The notes below the pieces were generated by a model. That model saw nothing but the letters and a program-made list of their open reading frames with translations, did no database searches and was not told the origin of the DNA. From the human T2T-CHM13v2.0 reference genome, Homo sapiens, in NCBI RefSeq assembly GCF_009914755.1, contig NC_060935.1: a stretch of 64,000 bases of DNA; one strand, 5' to 3'. The position numbers were made by a program, and so were the translations under genes. Positions 13,401-26,189 of the stretch are shown piece by piece (the first letter of the stretch is position 1; every line of letters starts with the position of its first letter).

Positions 13401-13936
13401 ACACACTGTATTTTGCATCTTGTTTCCTCAGAGATGTTATTCTTATGTGTCTAATTAGACAGTTTGTGTCTTTGGAGATAGTAACCATTTTCTACACTTT
13501 TCTGTATCTCTCACTACATGGGTGACACAGAGTAGGAAAATAATTAGATAAGCAGAGTTCAGATCTTCACCCTATCGCTTGTAAGCTGTGCAACCTAGGG
13601 AAGTTTATTCGTCCTCGCCAGCCTCATCTTCCTCATCTGGAAATAAGTACCGAAGTGTTCCCACTTCTTCCATTTCTCTCTCTCTCTCTTTTTTGGGGGG
13701 AGGAGGTGGAAAAGAGCTTGTAAAAATTAGTGTTAATTCTTCTTCAAATGTTTGATAGAAATCACCAGTGAAGCCATTTGGTCTTAGGCTGTTTTGTGTC
13801 GGGGGGAGATGTTTAAATTACTAATTAAACCTCTTGCCTATTTACAGTTTCTATTTCCTCTAGAGTCAATGTTAGTAGTTGTGAATTTCTGGGAATTTAG
13901 CTATTTCATCTAAGTTATCTAATTTATTGGCACATA

Positions 13937-14266
13937 TTTTTGTCGTTGTTGTTGTTGTTTGTTGTTTTTTGTTTGTTTGTTTTCTTTTTGAGACAGTCTC
14001 GCTCTCTTGCCAGGCTGGAGTGCAGTGGTGTGATCTTGGCTCACTGCAATTTCTGCCTCCTGAGTTCAAGCGATTCTCCTGCCTCAGCCTCCTGAGTAGC
14101 TAGGACTCCATGCAAGGGCCACCACGCCCAGCTAATTTTTGTCTTTTTAGTAGAGAGGGGGTTTCACTATGTTGGCCAGGATGGTCTCCACCTCTGAACC
14201 TTGTGATGGATCTGCCTTGGCCTCCCAAAGTGCTGGGATTACAGGCATGAGCCATTGAGCCTAGCC
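13937..14266 (-). mobile_element. Alu, AluSc-like, with (GTT)n-type tail
   Basis: gagacagtctcgctctcttgccagg, ggccaggatggtctc; ends gagcctagcc. Confidence 0.93.
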
Positions 14267-16320
14267 AGCACACAACTGTTGATAGTGTTTTATTATTATT
14301 CTTATTTCTGTAAGGTCATTAATAATGTCCCTTCTTTTATTTCTAATTTTAGTAATTTGCATCTTTTCTTTCTTTTCATGTTCAGACTAGCCAAAGGTTT
14401 GTCAATTTTGTTGATATTTTCAAAGAATCAATTTGTAGTTTCATTTATTTTCTTTACTATTTTTATTATTTATTAATTTCCACCTATCTTTATTATTTTC
14501 TTTTTCTCCTTTAGCTTTAGTTTTCTATTTTTTTCCCATTTTTTGAGGTGGAAAGTTAGATTATTGATTTGAAAATTTTTCTCTTTTTAAATATAGGTGT
14601 TTGCACCTAAAAATGTATCTTTAAGCAATGCTTTAACTGTGTTTTGTATGTTTCGCTATGTTGTGTCTTTAGTTTCATACGTTTCAAAATATTTTCTAAT
14701 TACCCTTGTGATTGTTTTTCTTTGATCATTGGTATTTGAGTGTGTTAATTTCCATTTTTTTAAATTTCTCAATTTTTTGTTATTTATTTCTATTTTAGGT
14801 TTAGTATAGTCAGATACTACACTGTATGATTTTGATCAAGTCATATACCATACTTTCTATTATTTCAATCATTTAAAGTTTATGAATTCCTGTTTTATGG
14901 CCAAGCATCTGCTGTATTCTGGAGAATGCTCCATATGTACTTGAAAATAATGTATATTCTGCTGTGGTTGAATGGAGTGCTTCATAGATGTCTTTTGGTT
15001 ATAGTTGGTTCATAATGGTGTTCTTATCTTCTATTTCCCTGTATCATCTGCCTAGTTTCATATATATTATTAAGAATGAAGTACTAAAATCCTCAATTAT
15101 TATTGTTGAATTGGTTATTTCCCTCTTCTTTTAAATCAATATTTGCTTGGTATATTTTGGGGCTCTGTGATTTGTTGTACTTATGTTTATAATTTTTGTA
15201 TATTCCTGATGGATTGACCCTTTTATCATAGTAAAATGTCCTTCAATCTGCAGTAAATTTTGTTGTTTTAAAATATATTTTGTGAAATAGCCACTCCAGC
15301 TTTTTAATTCCTGTTTGCATGGAATATATATTTTTATTTTTTAAAGTTCAACCTATTTGTATCTAACATGTCTCCCATAGATAGTATGTAGTTGGATTTT
15401 ATCATTTTTATCAAGTCTAACAATCTCTGCCTTTTGATTGTTTAATCTAGTCACATTTAATGTTACTAGTGATGTACTTAGATTTACTTTTTTGTTTACT
15501 ACGTGTCACATGCCTTTTTTGTTCCTCTGTTTGTCGTTTGCTGCTTTCTTCATATTATATGCAACATTTTAATCTCTTTAATATTAATACTTTTTCACTC
15601 TATTTTATTGAGATATTTTATTAGTGATTGCTCTAGGACTTACTGTATATGTCTTAACTTATCAGAATCTACTTCAGATTTATACTTACTTAATGCCAGT
15701 GAGACATAGAAATATTATTTCTATATAGCTTTATGCCCTTTTCCCACATTTTGTTTCTTATACATATTACAACTGTATTGTTACAAACCAATAGTGCATT
15801 TTTATAAGCTACTATTTAATTAATTATATGACTTTTACAGAAGCTGAGAAAAGAAAGGAAAACAAGTATCTATTTATAGAGTTGATGGTATTAACCATCT
15901 TATTTGCCATTTCTTGTTTTCTTTATTTGACCCTGTGGAATCAAGTTACCATCTGGTGTTATTTCATTACTCTAATAAAAGTTGGCACCCACCCACCACT
16001 TTTACTGTTGTTATTGTCAGATAAATTACATTTCTATATATTATAAGCACAACAATACAATTATGTACACATTGCTTTCTACAATTGTTTTCTTAAATCA
16101 ATTAAGAAAGAAGGAATAGGCATTTATACTGCCTTTTATAATCGCATAATTACTTTTATCAGTAATATTTGCTTTTTTGTATCAATTTAAATTACTCTCT
16201 AGAGTCCCTTTCTTTCAGCCTCAAGACTATGCTGCAGTATTTCTTGTAAGGTGGTCTGCAAGCAAGGTTTCTCACAGTTTTTGTTTACCTAGAAATGTCT
16301 TTATTTCACCTTCATTTTTT

Positions 16321-17401
16321 TTAAATTAAGGAATTAATGTCTTCAGAGCATGTTTAGGTTCACAACAAACTTGAAACGAAGGCACATATGAAGAGCTTCC
16401 CTCATCTGTTACAATTGCTGAACCTATACTGATACATTATTGTCACCTACAGTTTGTAATTTTCATTAGGGTTCACCTTTGGTGTTGTACATTCCGTGGA
16501 TTTGACAAATATATATCGACACATTTATCTTGTACATATTTTGTTAGGTTTCTAGTTAAGTATTTTATTTTGGTGGGTGCTGATGTAAATAATATTGTGC
16601 TTTTAATTTCAAACTCCACTTGCTCATTACTGGTATATGGGAGAGTGGTTAAATTTAGCATGTTTACTCTCTTAGTCTGTTTTTCTGTTGCTATAATGAA
16701 ATATTTAAAACTGGATAATTTATTTTTAGAAACAAAACATTTCTTACAGTTCTGGAGGCTGGAAAGTCCAAGGTTAAGAGCTACACTTAGTGAGAGCCTT
16801 CTTGCTGGTGGGGCCTCTGTGGAGTCCTGAGGTATGGCAGGGCATCCAATGGAAAGGGGCCTGAGCATGCTCGCTTGGATCTCTCTTCCTCCTTGAAATT
16901 CTCAGCTTCAAATCTTTTTTTTGTCTTTTTTCTTCCTCTTGTTATAAAGCTACCAGTACCACCCCTATGATAACCCATTAATCCATGAAGCCATGAATGA
17001 ATTAGTCTATTCATGAGAGCAGAGCCATCATAACCCAATCACCTCTTAAAGTCCCCACCTCTCAATCCTGCCACATTGGCGATTACATTTCAGCATGAGT
17101 TTGGGAGAGGACAAATATTTTAAGCATATCATTAATCTTTTATCTTGCAATCTTGCTATGATTGCTTATTAGTTCCAGGAATTTTTTTGTTGTTGTTGAT
17201 TCTTTCAGATTTTGTATATGGACTATCGTGTCATCAGCATATGGACTATCATGTCATCAGCAAACAGATTTACTTCCTCCTTCCCTATTAATATGCTTTT
17301 CTTCCCTTTTCTTGTCTTGGACTTCTAGTACAATGTTTAAAAGGAGTGGTGAGAGAGGACATCCTTGCCTTGTTTCTCATCTTAGTGGAAAAGCTTCTAG
17401 T
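16321..17401 (-). mobile_element. 5'-truncated L1 (L1MC-like 3' end plus ORF2 piece) inserted in host L1
   Basis: ttagggttcacctttggtgttgtacattc 3'UTR motif; ORF2 text agtggtgagagaggacatccttgcc; flanked by tttcaccttcatttttt direct repeats. Confidence 0.7.
16668..17131 (-). mobile_element. MaLR solo LTR (MSTC-like)
   Basis: cttagtctgttttctgttgctataa start, cagttctggaggctggaaagtccaag, ccaatcacctcttaaagtccccacctc, atttcagcatgagtttgg..atatca end. Confidence 0.85.
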
Positions 17402-17419
17402 TTTCACCTTCATTTTTTT

Positions 17420-17598
17420 AAATTCCTGGTTTTATTTTATTCTTTATTTCCATAGGTTTTTGGGAACAGGTGGTATCTGGTTACCATCACCAGAGCGCTA
17501 TACACTCAACCAAATTGGTAGTCTTTTACCCCTCACCCCCCTCCCACCCTTCCCCCTGAGTCTCCAAAGTCCATTGTGTCATTCTTATGCCATTGCAT
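17420..17598 (-). mobile_element. Short L1MA-like 3' end
   Basis: tttatttccataggtttttgggaacaggtggt and cctgagtctccaaagtccattgtgtcattcttatgcc motifs. Confidence 0.75.
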
Positions 17599-20500
17599 TA
17601 CCTTCATTTTTTAACGTTAGTTTTGCTTGGTAAACTATTTTTGATTGACTCTTTTAAAAATACCATTTTAAATATGTCATTCTACTGCCTTATAGTCTCC
17701 ACCATTGTTTCTAACGAAATGTCCTCTGTTAATATTGTTGGAGAGTCCTTGTATGTGATAAGTTAGTTTTCTCTTGCTGCTTCCAACATTTTCTTTGTTT
17801 TTGTCTTTCAACCTTTTCCCTATGATGCTTATGGGTGTGGATGTTTTCACATTTATCCTGCTTGGAGTTTGTTAAGTTTATTAGATGTGTAGGTCAATTT
17901 TTCTATCAAGTTTTTGAAATTCTCAACTTTAAATATTTCTTCTTTCTCTCCTCTTGTTCTGGGACCCCCCCTGCAACTGTGTTTAAATTGTTGTACTTAG
18001 TGGTGTTCCATATGCCCTTGTGGCTCTGTTCACTTTTCTTCACACTTTTTTCTCTGTTTTTCTGATTGCGTACTTTCCATCAATACATATTTAAGTTCAT
18101 TGATTCTTTTGCTAGTTGAAGTTTATTACTGAGCCCCTCTCATAATTTTTTTAAACTTAGGTTATATTTTTCAAATACAGAATTTACCATTTGCTTCTTT
18201 TGGGGCTCAATTACGTCTTATCAATATTCTCTAATTGATAAAGCATTGTCATGATACCTTTACATTATTTCATTAAGCATTATTCCCTTTAGTTTTTTAA
18301 ATATATTTATTATGTCTGTTTGAAGTCTTTGTTAAATCTGACATCTGTGGCCTCTCACAGGCAGTTTCTGTTGCTGTATTTTTTTCTTCTGAAAAGTCAC
18401 ACTTTCCTGATTCTTTTCGTGTCTCATAATTTTTTGTTGAAATCTGAATATTTTATATAACACATTTCAGCAACTCCGGACACTGACCCTCCTGGCTCTC
18501 TTGTTTGCTTGTTTGTTTAGTGACTCATCCATCTCCCTCTTCATGGTTTCCAGGTCATGGTGCCCCCTCACCTTCTACCTTAGAGGAGCCAAGTGCATCG
18601 AGGCCCCTCCTCTTTCACATGCTTCATTATGTGTTTTCAAAATACATGTTTTTCACTTTTAAATTCATTTTACTGTTTGAAAATCCTCAAAGAATTATAT
18701 AGGCACATACGAAATATTTTATTTATACTCAGAGAAGTTTTACCTCAAGTCTAATTACCCTTTTGGGAAGGGTGTGTTTGAATATGGAGAATCATACAAA
18801 TAAAAATGCAAAGGAGAGAAATATTAGGACAAAAAAACCCCAGCTTTTCCTTAATTTAAAAGAAGATCAACCTATTATAACAGTTTTTGAGAACTCCAGA
18901 ATCATATTTACTTGATTTTGCACATACCAGGCTGATCTCCTTTGGAATCTCAGTATTATCAGTGCCTACAGAGTATATTTAAAATTATTTATTGTGGCAT
19001 TCATGGATCTTTATAATAAAACTTTACTTTTTTTCCAGCTATGAAAAATTTATTTTTAATAAAGTCATTTTTCCATAAATGTCACATAAACCCTCATTTC
19101 AGTCAAATGTAACTCACTGTCTCCATATATACATTTTGGCCTATGTTGCTTCTCCTACTCATGATAATCTTACTTTTCCTTTCTGTCAGGGCCAGTTCTG
19201 TCTTTTCTTCTAAACAGCTTAAATCTTACCTTCCTCTAGAAAAGCCTCCTGTAGTACTCATAGCTGAAGTTATCTTAAATTTCTCTTAGTTACTATAGAA
19301 TTTACTTCATTGATCTTTTCTTTGGCAATTAGAAATTCCCTACCTTATGTTCTCTATTCTATTAGGTTCTTGCCAATTAAACTGTGCATTGTTTTCCTGG
19401 TGTTCTAGCTCCTCAGGTAGACCATCATCTCCTTGGCTACAGTGGCAGAGTCTTCATTTCTCTCTCAATCCCTTATAGCACAGTACTAAAAGGACTTTAA
19501 CCTTTTCATACACAGTGACCGACTGTCACAAAGAAGCCTTTTTTCTAGCTGTTGAGAAAGAAGGCAAGCTGAAAAACAACATCTTTCAAAATTCCTCTAG
19601 CTGAGGGCTCTGACAAGATTGATGAAGGCCTTAATTCCTTGACTACACAGACAAAATATTATTTTGTTCTTTATAATAGCTTGCACATAGTAGGTGATCA
19701 GTAAATATTGACTAAAATTTCCCAATGGCTTTCATACAGTTTGCTGTGCCACTTTTCTTCTATTGATTTTTGCTTTCCACTAAGTAATGAGCATGTTTCT
19801 AACATGCTAAAATGAACAACAGATTTTCATGACTTTATCAGGGACATGCGCGAGTCTTCAAGCTCCCTGCAAACACAGCCTTTCTTTATATCATTCCAGC
19901 TAAGCCCGTGCGTTCAGCCCCACCCCATTCTTGATTCTTCTCCAGCATTGATGTGCTTTGCACTATAGCTTTTCTTGACTTGATACATCTAGCTCTGATC
20001 AGTGACTTGGAATGGCCTCTTTGTAAAACTTTCAATGGCAAAGAGCTTTCTTCTCCTTATGCAGCTGTACAGAGGTGACAAGACAGTAAGTGAAGTGTGA
20101 AGACACATGATTATCAAAATTCCAGGGAGGCTCTGTCTGCAGTCCTGGGGCTGAGGGCAGGCTGTTTGGTCATTACACTGTCACCTTTCCCACCCTCTTC
20201 TTTACTCTCTTTCCCTCCCGCCTCCAAACCACACCAATACTGGCTTTATTATCTACTCCCAAATCTAGATATGTGGGCCCTAAAACCACTAGACCCTACT
20301 GGCCCCAATCTAGCCTGACACCTTGTATGTAACTTATTGTACTTCAATTACTTGTACATTAACCACCCTGCTGCTACTGCTGCTGCCGTTATCCTCTTGG
20401 CAAGCATCAATGTGGAGTCATTTGCTTTTACAGCAGAACCATTAACAGGAATCCAAGGGCCTAAATACTTGCCATCCCAGGTACTCAGAGACAGGGATGG

Positions 20501-22286
20501 GGCATTCTTGTTGGTGCTGGTCACACAGGCAGACATAGAGTGGCTTCCTGGTCCAGGCAGCTTCCCAGAGGCTGCAGTTTCCTGATAATAATGTCTTCCT
20601 GATTTTGGGTGGCTCTGACTGGGAGAGATGGCAGCTTCTTCGTTGTAAAACAGGAAGTCTTGGTGGCCCCAGTCCTGCGGTGTGATTTTCTAAAAATTCA
20701 ACCTGTTTTGTCTACCCTCTTGATGACTGGGCAAGCCATTTAATGTCCCACACTAAACACCTCTCTGCTAAAACAAGTTGCGGTGTATTCTGGGCTTACA
20801 GCAACTGCAACCTGACTGGCATGAGGGCCATCCACCTGGCAGGGGTTGTCTGAAAGCAACAGGCAACACACAGTTACCAAGGTCATATTCATTGCTGAGT
20901 GAATATGCTCCACAACATGTCAGGATGGAAAGCCCCATTATTCATTTTCTGGTGCTGCATCTCTTCGTGTGCGTTTTTATTAAAGCCATCGTTTGTCATG
21001 TTAAGCAGCTGTTGCAACATAAAGAGAAACTGTCAAATAATATGGCATTTGGAAATGGTGACATTTTCCTTTTAATGTCTCTTTCCTCCATTTCCCTCTA
21101 CCCTCTTTCAGACTATTGCCACAGTAGCAATGCGCAAGGACCGTCAGCCTGACAAGTGGCTCTGTTTGCTGCTGAACAAAAACAGAACTGGGAACAGGCC
21201 CTTCCTTGTTCTCAGTGAGTTCTGTGATCTTCATGGGAAACCGCAGCCCCCTGCTCCCTCTGCTTGAGGCCCTGAGAGGCTGGCTGTACTCATTCCACAG
21301 ACCAGAAGTTGATTGCTGTTGGTTCATAATGTTGTTGATGGAAAAAAGCACCACCTAGGTCTGTCTGGCACCTGGAACTCCATGTTAGGAAGCCTGAGTG
21401 TACACAGGTCTGAGAAGAGCCTCACACAGCCCATACCTGGTACTGAGCCTCCAGCTATCTCCCTGCACCAAAGAGTGTCAGCAAGTATGACAGTTTTGTG
21501 TTGTTTGTTTGTTTTTAATCAACTTTTGTGCTAGTGCCAGACCCTGACTTGACAACCTTTTTCTCCTCATCAATGAGGTCTCTTCATCCTCAATTTCTGG
21601 CTCCATCCTGGCCTAGATTTTAAGACAAATGTCCTCCTTCTCCTCCTTCTAAGGGATTTTATGGAGCTTATGATGAGGCTCTGTGCAAGTGGGTATTGTC
21701 ACAAAATATAATTGTTCCCTTCCACCTCCAAAATCACTTATTCAGACATCCCATGCTTATACCACAATCCCTCTTTCGTCAGCTTGCTTCTCCAATTATT
21801 CCCACCATGATGCATCTTTGACCATTTTGCAACTTCCTGGCCATTGACTCCTGTACTTTAACTCAATTCAAAAGGTTTCTACTTTCTTCAGTTTCCTTCT
21901 AAACCAGCTTGGATTTCATGGTTTGTTATTATAATTGCTCCAACACCTTAGACTTCTTTGCTCAATAATCTTTTTGTCACAAACTTGTCATCAAATTCCA
22001 AGCCTGGGTGAACTCAGCTTTCTGTTTTCTCTGAGTCTACAGCTGAGAAGTCAAGCACAGTTAAGGACACAACAAAGTTGACTGATTACTTAATAAACTC
22101 ATGCTCACCAAAGGCAAAGACCCTTCAGCCTTATTCTACAATTTTCCAGCTAATCTTTGGTCACTTCATACATCTACTTTCCACAATGACTTTTCCAAAC
22201 CTTCTCCAATCTTCTCATTCCCCTGAGTCCCCACTCATCTCCCCTTTGCTCTCGGCAGATGATCATCTTCTACTTAAGAGCAATAA

Positions 22287-22427
22287 AGAAAGCACGGAGT
22301 GGATCTGGCCTAGCCTACCCCTTACCAAGCATAGAGAAAGCACGGAGTGGATCTGGCCTAGCCTACCCCTTACCAAGCATAGAGAAAGCACGGAGTGGAT
22401 CTGGTCTAGCCTGCCCCTTACCAAGCA
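22287..22427. repeat. 48-bp tandem repeat, ~2.9 copies
   Basis: Unit agaaagcacggagtggatctggcctagcctaccccttaccaagcatag starts at 22287, 22335 and 22383; copies 1 and 2 identical, copy 3 has 2 substitutions. Confidence 0.97.
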
Positions 22428-22832
22428 CACAGACCTATCTACACGTGGGTCTTCTTTCCCTCCAGCTGCTATGGAGAAGCTGTCCCTCCTCGCATAATCA
22501 CTCATGTCTCTGGCCATGCTTTGGGTTTTATCCCATCTTGATGTCTCAGGAAAATTACTCTAATAAGCATTTCTTGCCTTTATTATATTTCAGCCTCACT
22601 ATATCAAGTTTACCCTTTCTATTTGAAATATATGACAACATAAACTAAATTAACTTTTTAACTTGGTCCTTCATCTTCCAGCTACCTCTCTATTAGTTTC
22701 CTCCTCACTTCAGCCAAGTATCTCAAAGAGTTTTCCAAAATGTTCGCTTCCATTTCTCATCTCCCCATCACACTTTGCATACCAATACAGCCTTTAACTC
22801 GCCACTCTACCAAAGTTCTTCCTATGGTCACC

Positions 22833-23156
22833 GAAAAAGCTCATCATCACTGGTCATCAGAGAAATGCAAATCAAAACCACAATGAGATACCATCTCATG
22901 CCAGTTAGAATGGCGATCATTAAAAAGTCAGGAAACAACAGATGCTGGAGAGGATGTGGAAAAATAGGAACGCTTTTACACTGTTGGTGGGAGTGTAAAT
23001 TAGTTCAACCATTGTGGAAGACAGTGTGGCAGTTCCTCAAGGATCTAGAACCAGAAATACCACTTGACCCAGAAATCCCATTATTGGGTATACACCAGGA
23101 TTATAAATCATTCTACCATAAAGGCACATGCACATGTATGTTTATTGCAGCACTAT
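22833..23156 (+). mobile_element. Primate L1 (L1PA-like) internal ORF2 C-terminal fragment, no 3'UTR or poly(A)
   Basis: Encodes [38 protein letters not shown], the L1 ORF2p Cys-rich domain. Confidence 0.93.
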
Positions 23157-23489
23157 CCAATGGGTATTCTTAAACCTTCAACTTCTCGAGACTTCTCTGT
23201 ATCCTTCAACACTTTCTCTTCCTTCAAACACTATTGTCCTTTGATTTTCTCCTAGCCCTAAGCCTGTTTTCTCTTTGTTTTCATTGCAAGATTACCTTCT
23301 TCTGCTTGGATTCTGAATGTTGGGGTTCTTCAAGGCTCTGTTTAAGGCCCTCTCGTCTGTTTACTCTATACTTTCTCCAGAGTCTATAGCTTCAATTATT
23401 ACCTATAAGCTAATAATTCACTAATCAGTCTCTTAAGTCTGGAGCTCTGTACATATATATCCACCTGCTATTTTAGTATCTTTTCTGGA

Positions 23490-23870
23490 ACTCATTCATT
23501 CTTTCTCTCCACAGTTACTGCGCACCTACCTTGATGCCACTATAGGTGCTGATTATACAGATGTGAACAATATAGACCAAGTCTATATTGACATGAAACT
23601 TAAGATTGCAGTAGGATAATAAATAAGAAAGAAAGAAAATATAACAAATATAATGTAATGATAGGAAGTGGTAAGTATCCTGAAGAAAAATAAAGCAGAT
23701 AAAAGAATAACAAATGATGGAAGTTTTGTTTTCAGTTGTATGGCTATGGAAGTCCTCTCTGATGAAGTGACATTTCATCAAATGAACCATGCAAAGTTTT
23801 GGAGGAAAAAATGCCAGGCAGAGAAAATAGCAAGTAGAAAGGCAATGAGGAAGAAGCATATAATATGAGT
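23490..23870 (-). mobile_element. L2 3' end
   Basis: tcattcattc tail, gcacctacc, gaagtcctctctgatgaagtgacatttcatc. Confidence 0.6.
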
Positions 23871-23962
23871 ATATGGGTGCATAAACTCAGCATAAAAAAT
23901 AACTTTTCAGATTCCCTTAATTTACCCAACTTCTCCAGCCTGGATGTCCCATCCAGGTTTCA

Positions 23963-23965
<3 letters not shown>

Positions 23966-24013
<48 letters not shown>
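23966..24013 (+). repeat. Pure poly(A) tract, A48
   Basis: Counted directly; caagc on both sides. Confidence 0.95.
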
Positions 24014-24014
<1 letters not shown>

Positions 24015-24173
24015 AAGCACACTTTTCACATCCAACCTCTTACTAAGTCCTGTAAAATCTATTTTTCTGGAAATTCTACTTTATTCTTCCTACTTAGTCA
24101 TTTCCTATCATCAGCAGCTGGCTTTCTTTTTTGCACTCTGCATCCCCTATGCCAAGATCTGTCCACATAGTAG

Positions 24174-24456
<283 letters not shown>

Positions 24457-25394
24457 AGCTATCTCTTGAAACATAAGACTAAAGCTCGTTTCAAAGATTT
24501 ACTGATATCTGCTTTTGACTCTTCTTCCTTGTCCAACATAAGGTGTTACTTATCTGGTCATGATAGAGTGGATCGTTGGAGGTGTATTTTATTGTGAAAA
24601 TCAGAATAAAGGGTAGAAATGCCAGCAATTTCCAGAAGATTTGTCTGTAGTTAGTTATTTGTTCTGTTCTTACGAAGGGTGGACAGCTGCTGGACCAGGG
24701 TGGAAAGCTGGATCGAATGAGGTGGGGGGAGGGGTTAAAATTCAGAACACAGGACTTGATGCTATCTCAGTTCCTGTTCTCTTAATGAAGTGGTATTTGC
24801 TGAAAGAAGCTATTTGTTTTCGCATCAGAAAGATCTCCTATAAAAAACAGGCAGCCATTTATGAATCTCTAACAGTTGATGTGACCAGTATCATGCCACC
24901 TGTGACTCGTGTTTATTTCCCTTGTGGAGGCCAAGGATGAGGTTAGCATGTATAGCCGCAACCAGTTCCAAGCTCCCATCAGGTGTTCAAGTTGATTTGC
25001 AGAAAAATGGGATGATGATTTTATAATAGCTAATAGAGTTTCTGATTTAATGCAGCTGCTAGAAATTAGCAAGGACTCCATTGAAAGCTTCCCAGTCACT
25101 TATAATAACAGGATAATAAATCACTCCTAGTACTTTCTGGCATTTATAATTTTATTAGAAACATAAGCCCTAGTTCAGCTACTCTTCTCGGTTTGTTTTT
25201 CATTTATTTATTAAATTACCTTTTAAAATTCAAGGAAAAAGAAAACAGTGTTCTTATTTGGCTGCCAAATATGTGAATGAGTGATAGTGTCTCCACGGAA
25301 TTCCTTATTTCAAAAGAGATTAGAGAAGGGGCAGAAAATTTAGATGAAGCCATAGGGAGCTTTTTGAAATTTTCATTGTCTTGGGGACAATGTT

Positions 25395-25620
25395 AACGCA
25401 TAGCAGAAAGCACTAGATGTTGACTGTGAAGACCCTTGTCCCACATACTTTCCTCTGCTCCCTGCCTGCACGACACTGGGTTACTTTCTCCACATCTGAG
25501 AGCTTAATTCTCTCATTTATAGAAGTGGGATCATCATCTCTTTTCAATGTCTATTTGCAAGGTAGTTGGTATGTCTCATAAAATAATACATGTGAAAGTG
25601 TTTTGTCATTTGTCAGGTTC
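25395..25620 (+). mobile_element. MIR SINE
   Basis: gcatagcagaaagcactag..ttctctcatttatagaagtggga..atacatgtgaaagtgttttgt. Confidence 0.55.
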
Positions 25621-26189
25621 AATGGATATTAGATATTTTTGTTTATGAAGAGCTTTGTTTTTTTGCTTGTTGAAAACACTTATTCAAAATAGGAGGCCCT
25701 GATTGCTAAGCTATTCACAGCTGCTTTGTTCCCCTGCCCTGGGCTCCTAAGGAAGGTCTACCTCTCTCTCTCTGCTGGATCTCTCAGCTGATTCTCAACT
25801 GTGTCAATAACAACTAAATAATATCCCAAAATACCCAGAATCTGGAACTGGGCCAGCTTCCCTCTAGATTTAGCTCATAGATAGCTATCTACTCATATCG
25901 CAGTCACAAAATCACAAGAAAATGTGTATCACACTCACTGTAAATGCAGCCACGCATTCACTCATGTGGCTCATGTGGCCATATTTTTTTCATATTCTTA
26001 TAAATACACTTTGGCAGAACCCCTGTCATCTGGTCCTTGAATTGTATAAAGAAGAGATATTTGGGAGCCCTGGGAGTTACTGTACCCAGCCACAGCTGGC
26101 AGACAGAATTATATAGAGTGCATATAGGAGTCTTCGGTGACCCACCTGATCTACAAACTTGCTAAAGTAGGGAGCAGGTTCAATGTATT

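Larger units (their letters stand above)
13710..18520 (-). mobile_element. Old L1M LINE-1 (ORF2 to 5' region), host of nested insertions
   Basis: T-rich antisense L1 text (tcaccagtgaagccatttggtc; ggtttgtcaattttgttgat; minus-strand [13 protein letters not shown]); resumes collinearly after each insertion. Confidence 0.8.
21750..23490 (+). mobile_element. L2 ORF2 region, degraded (interrupted by tandem repeat and L1 fragment)
   Basis: Pyrimidine-rich L2 motifs ctctcggcagatgatc, ggtcacc, ccaatgg, aatgttggggttcttcaaggctctg, tagcttcaattattacc. Confidence 0.6.

Noticed and set aside
22287-22427. CRISPR-like array or repeat-protein gene
   Set aside because: Units are head-to-tail with no unique spacers, the context is eukaryotic, and the peptide repeats follow from the 48-bp period.
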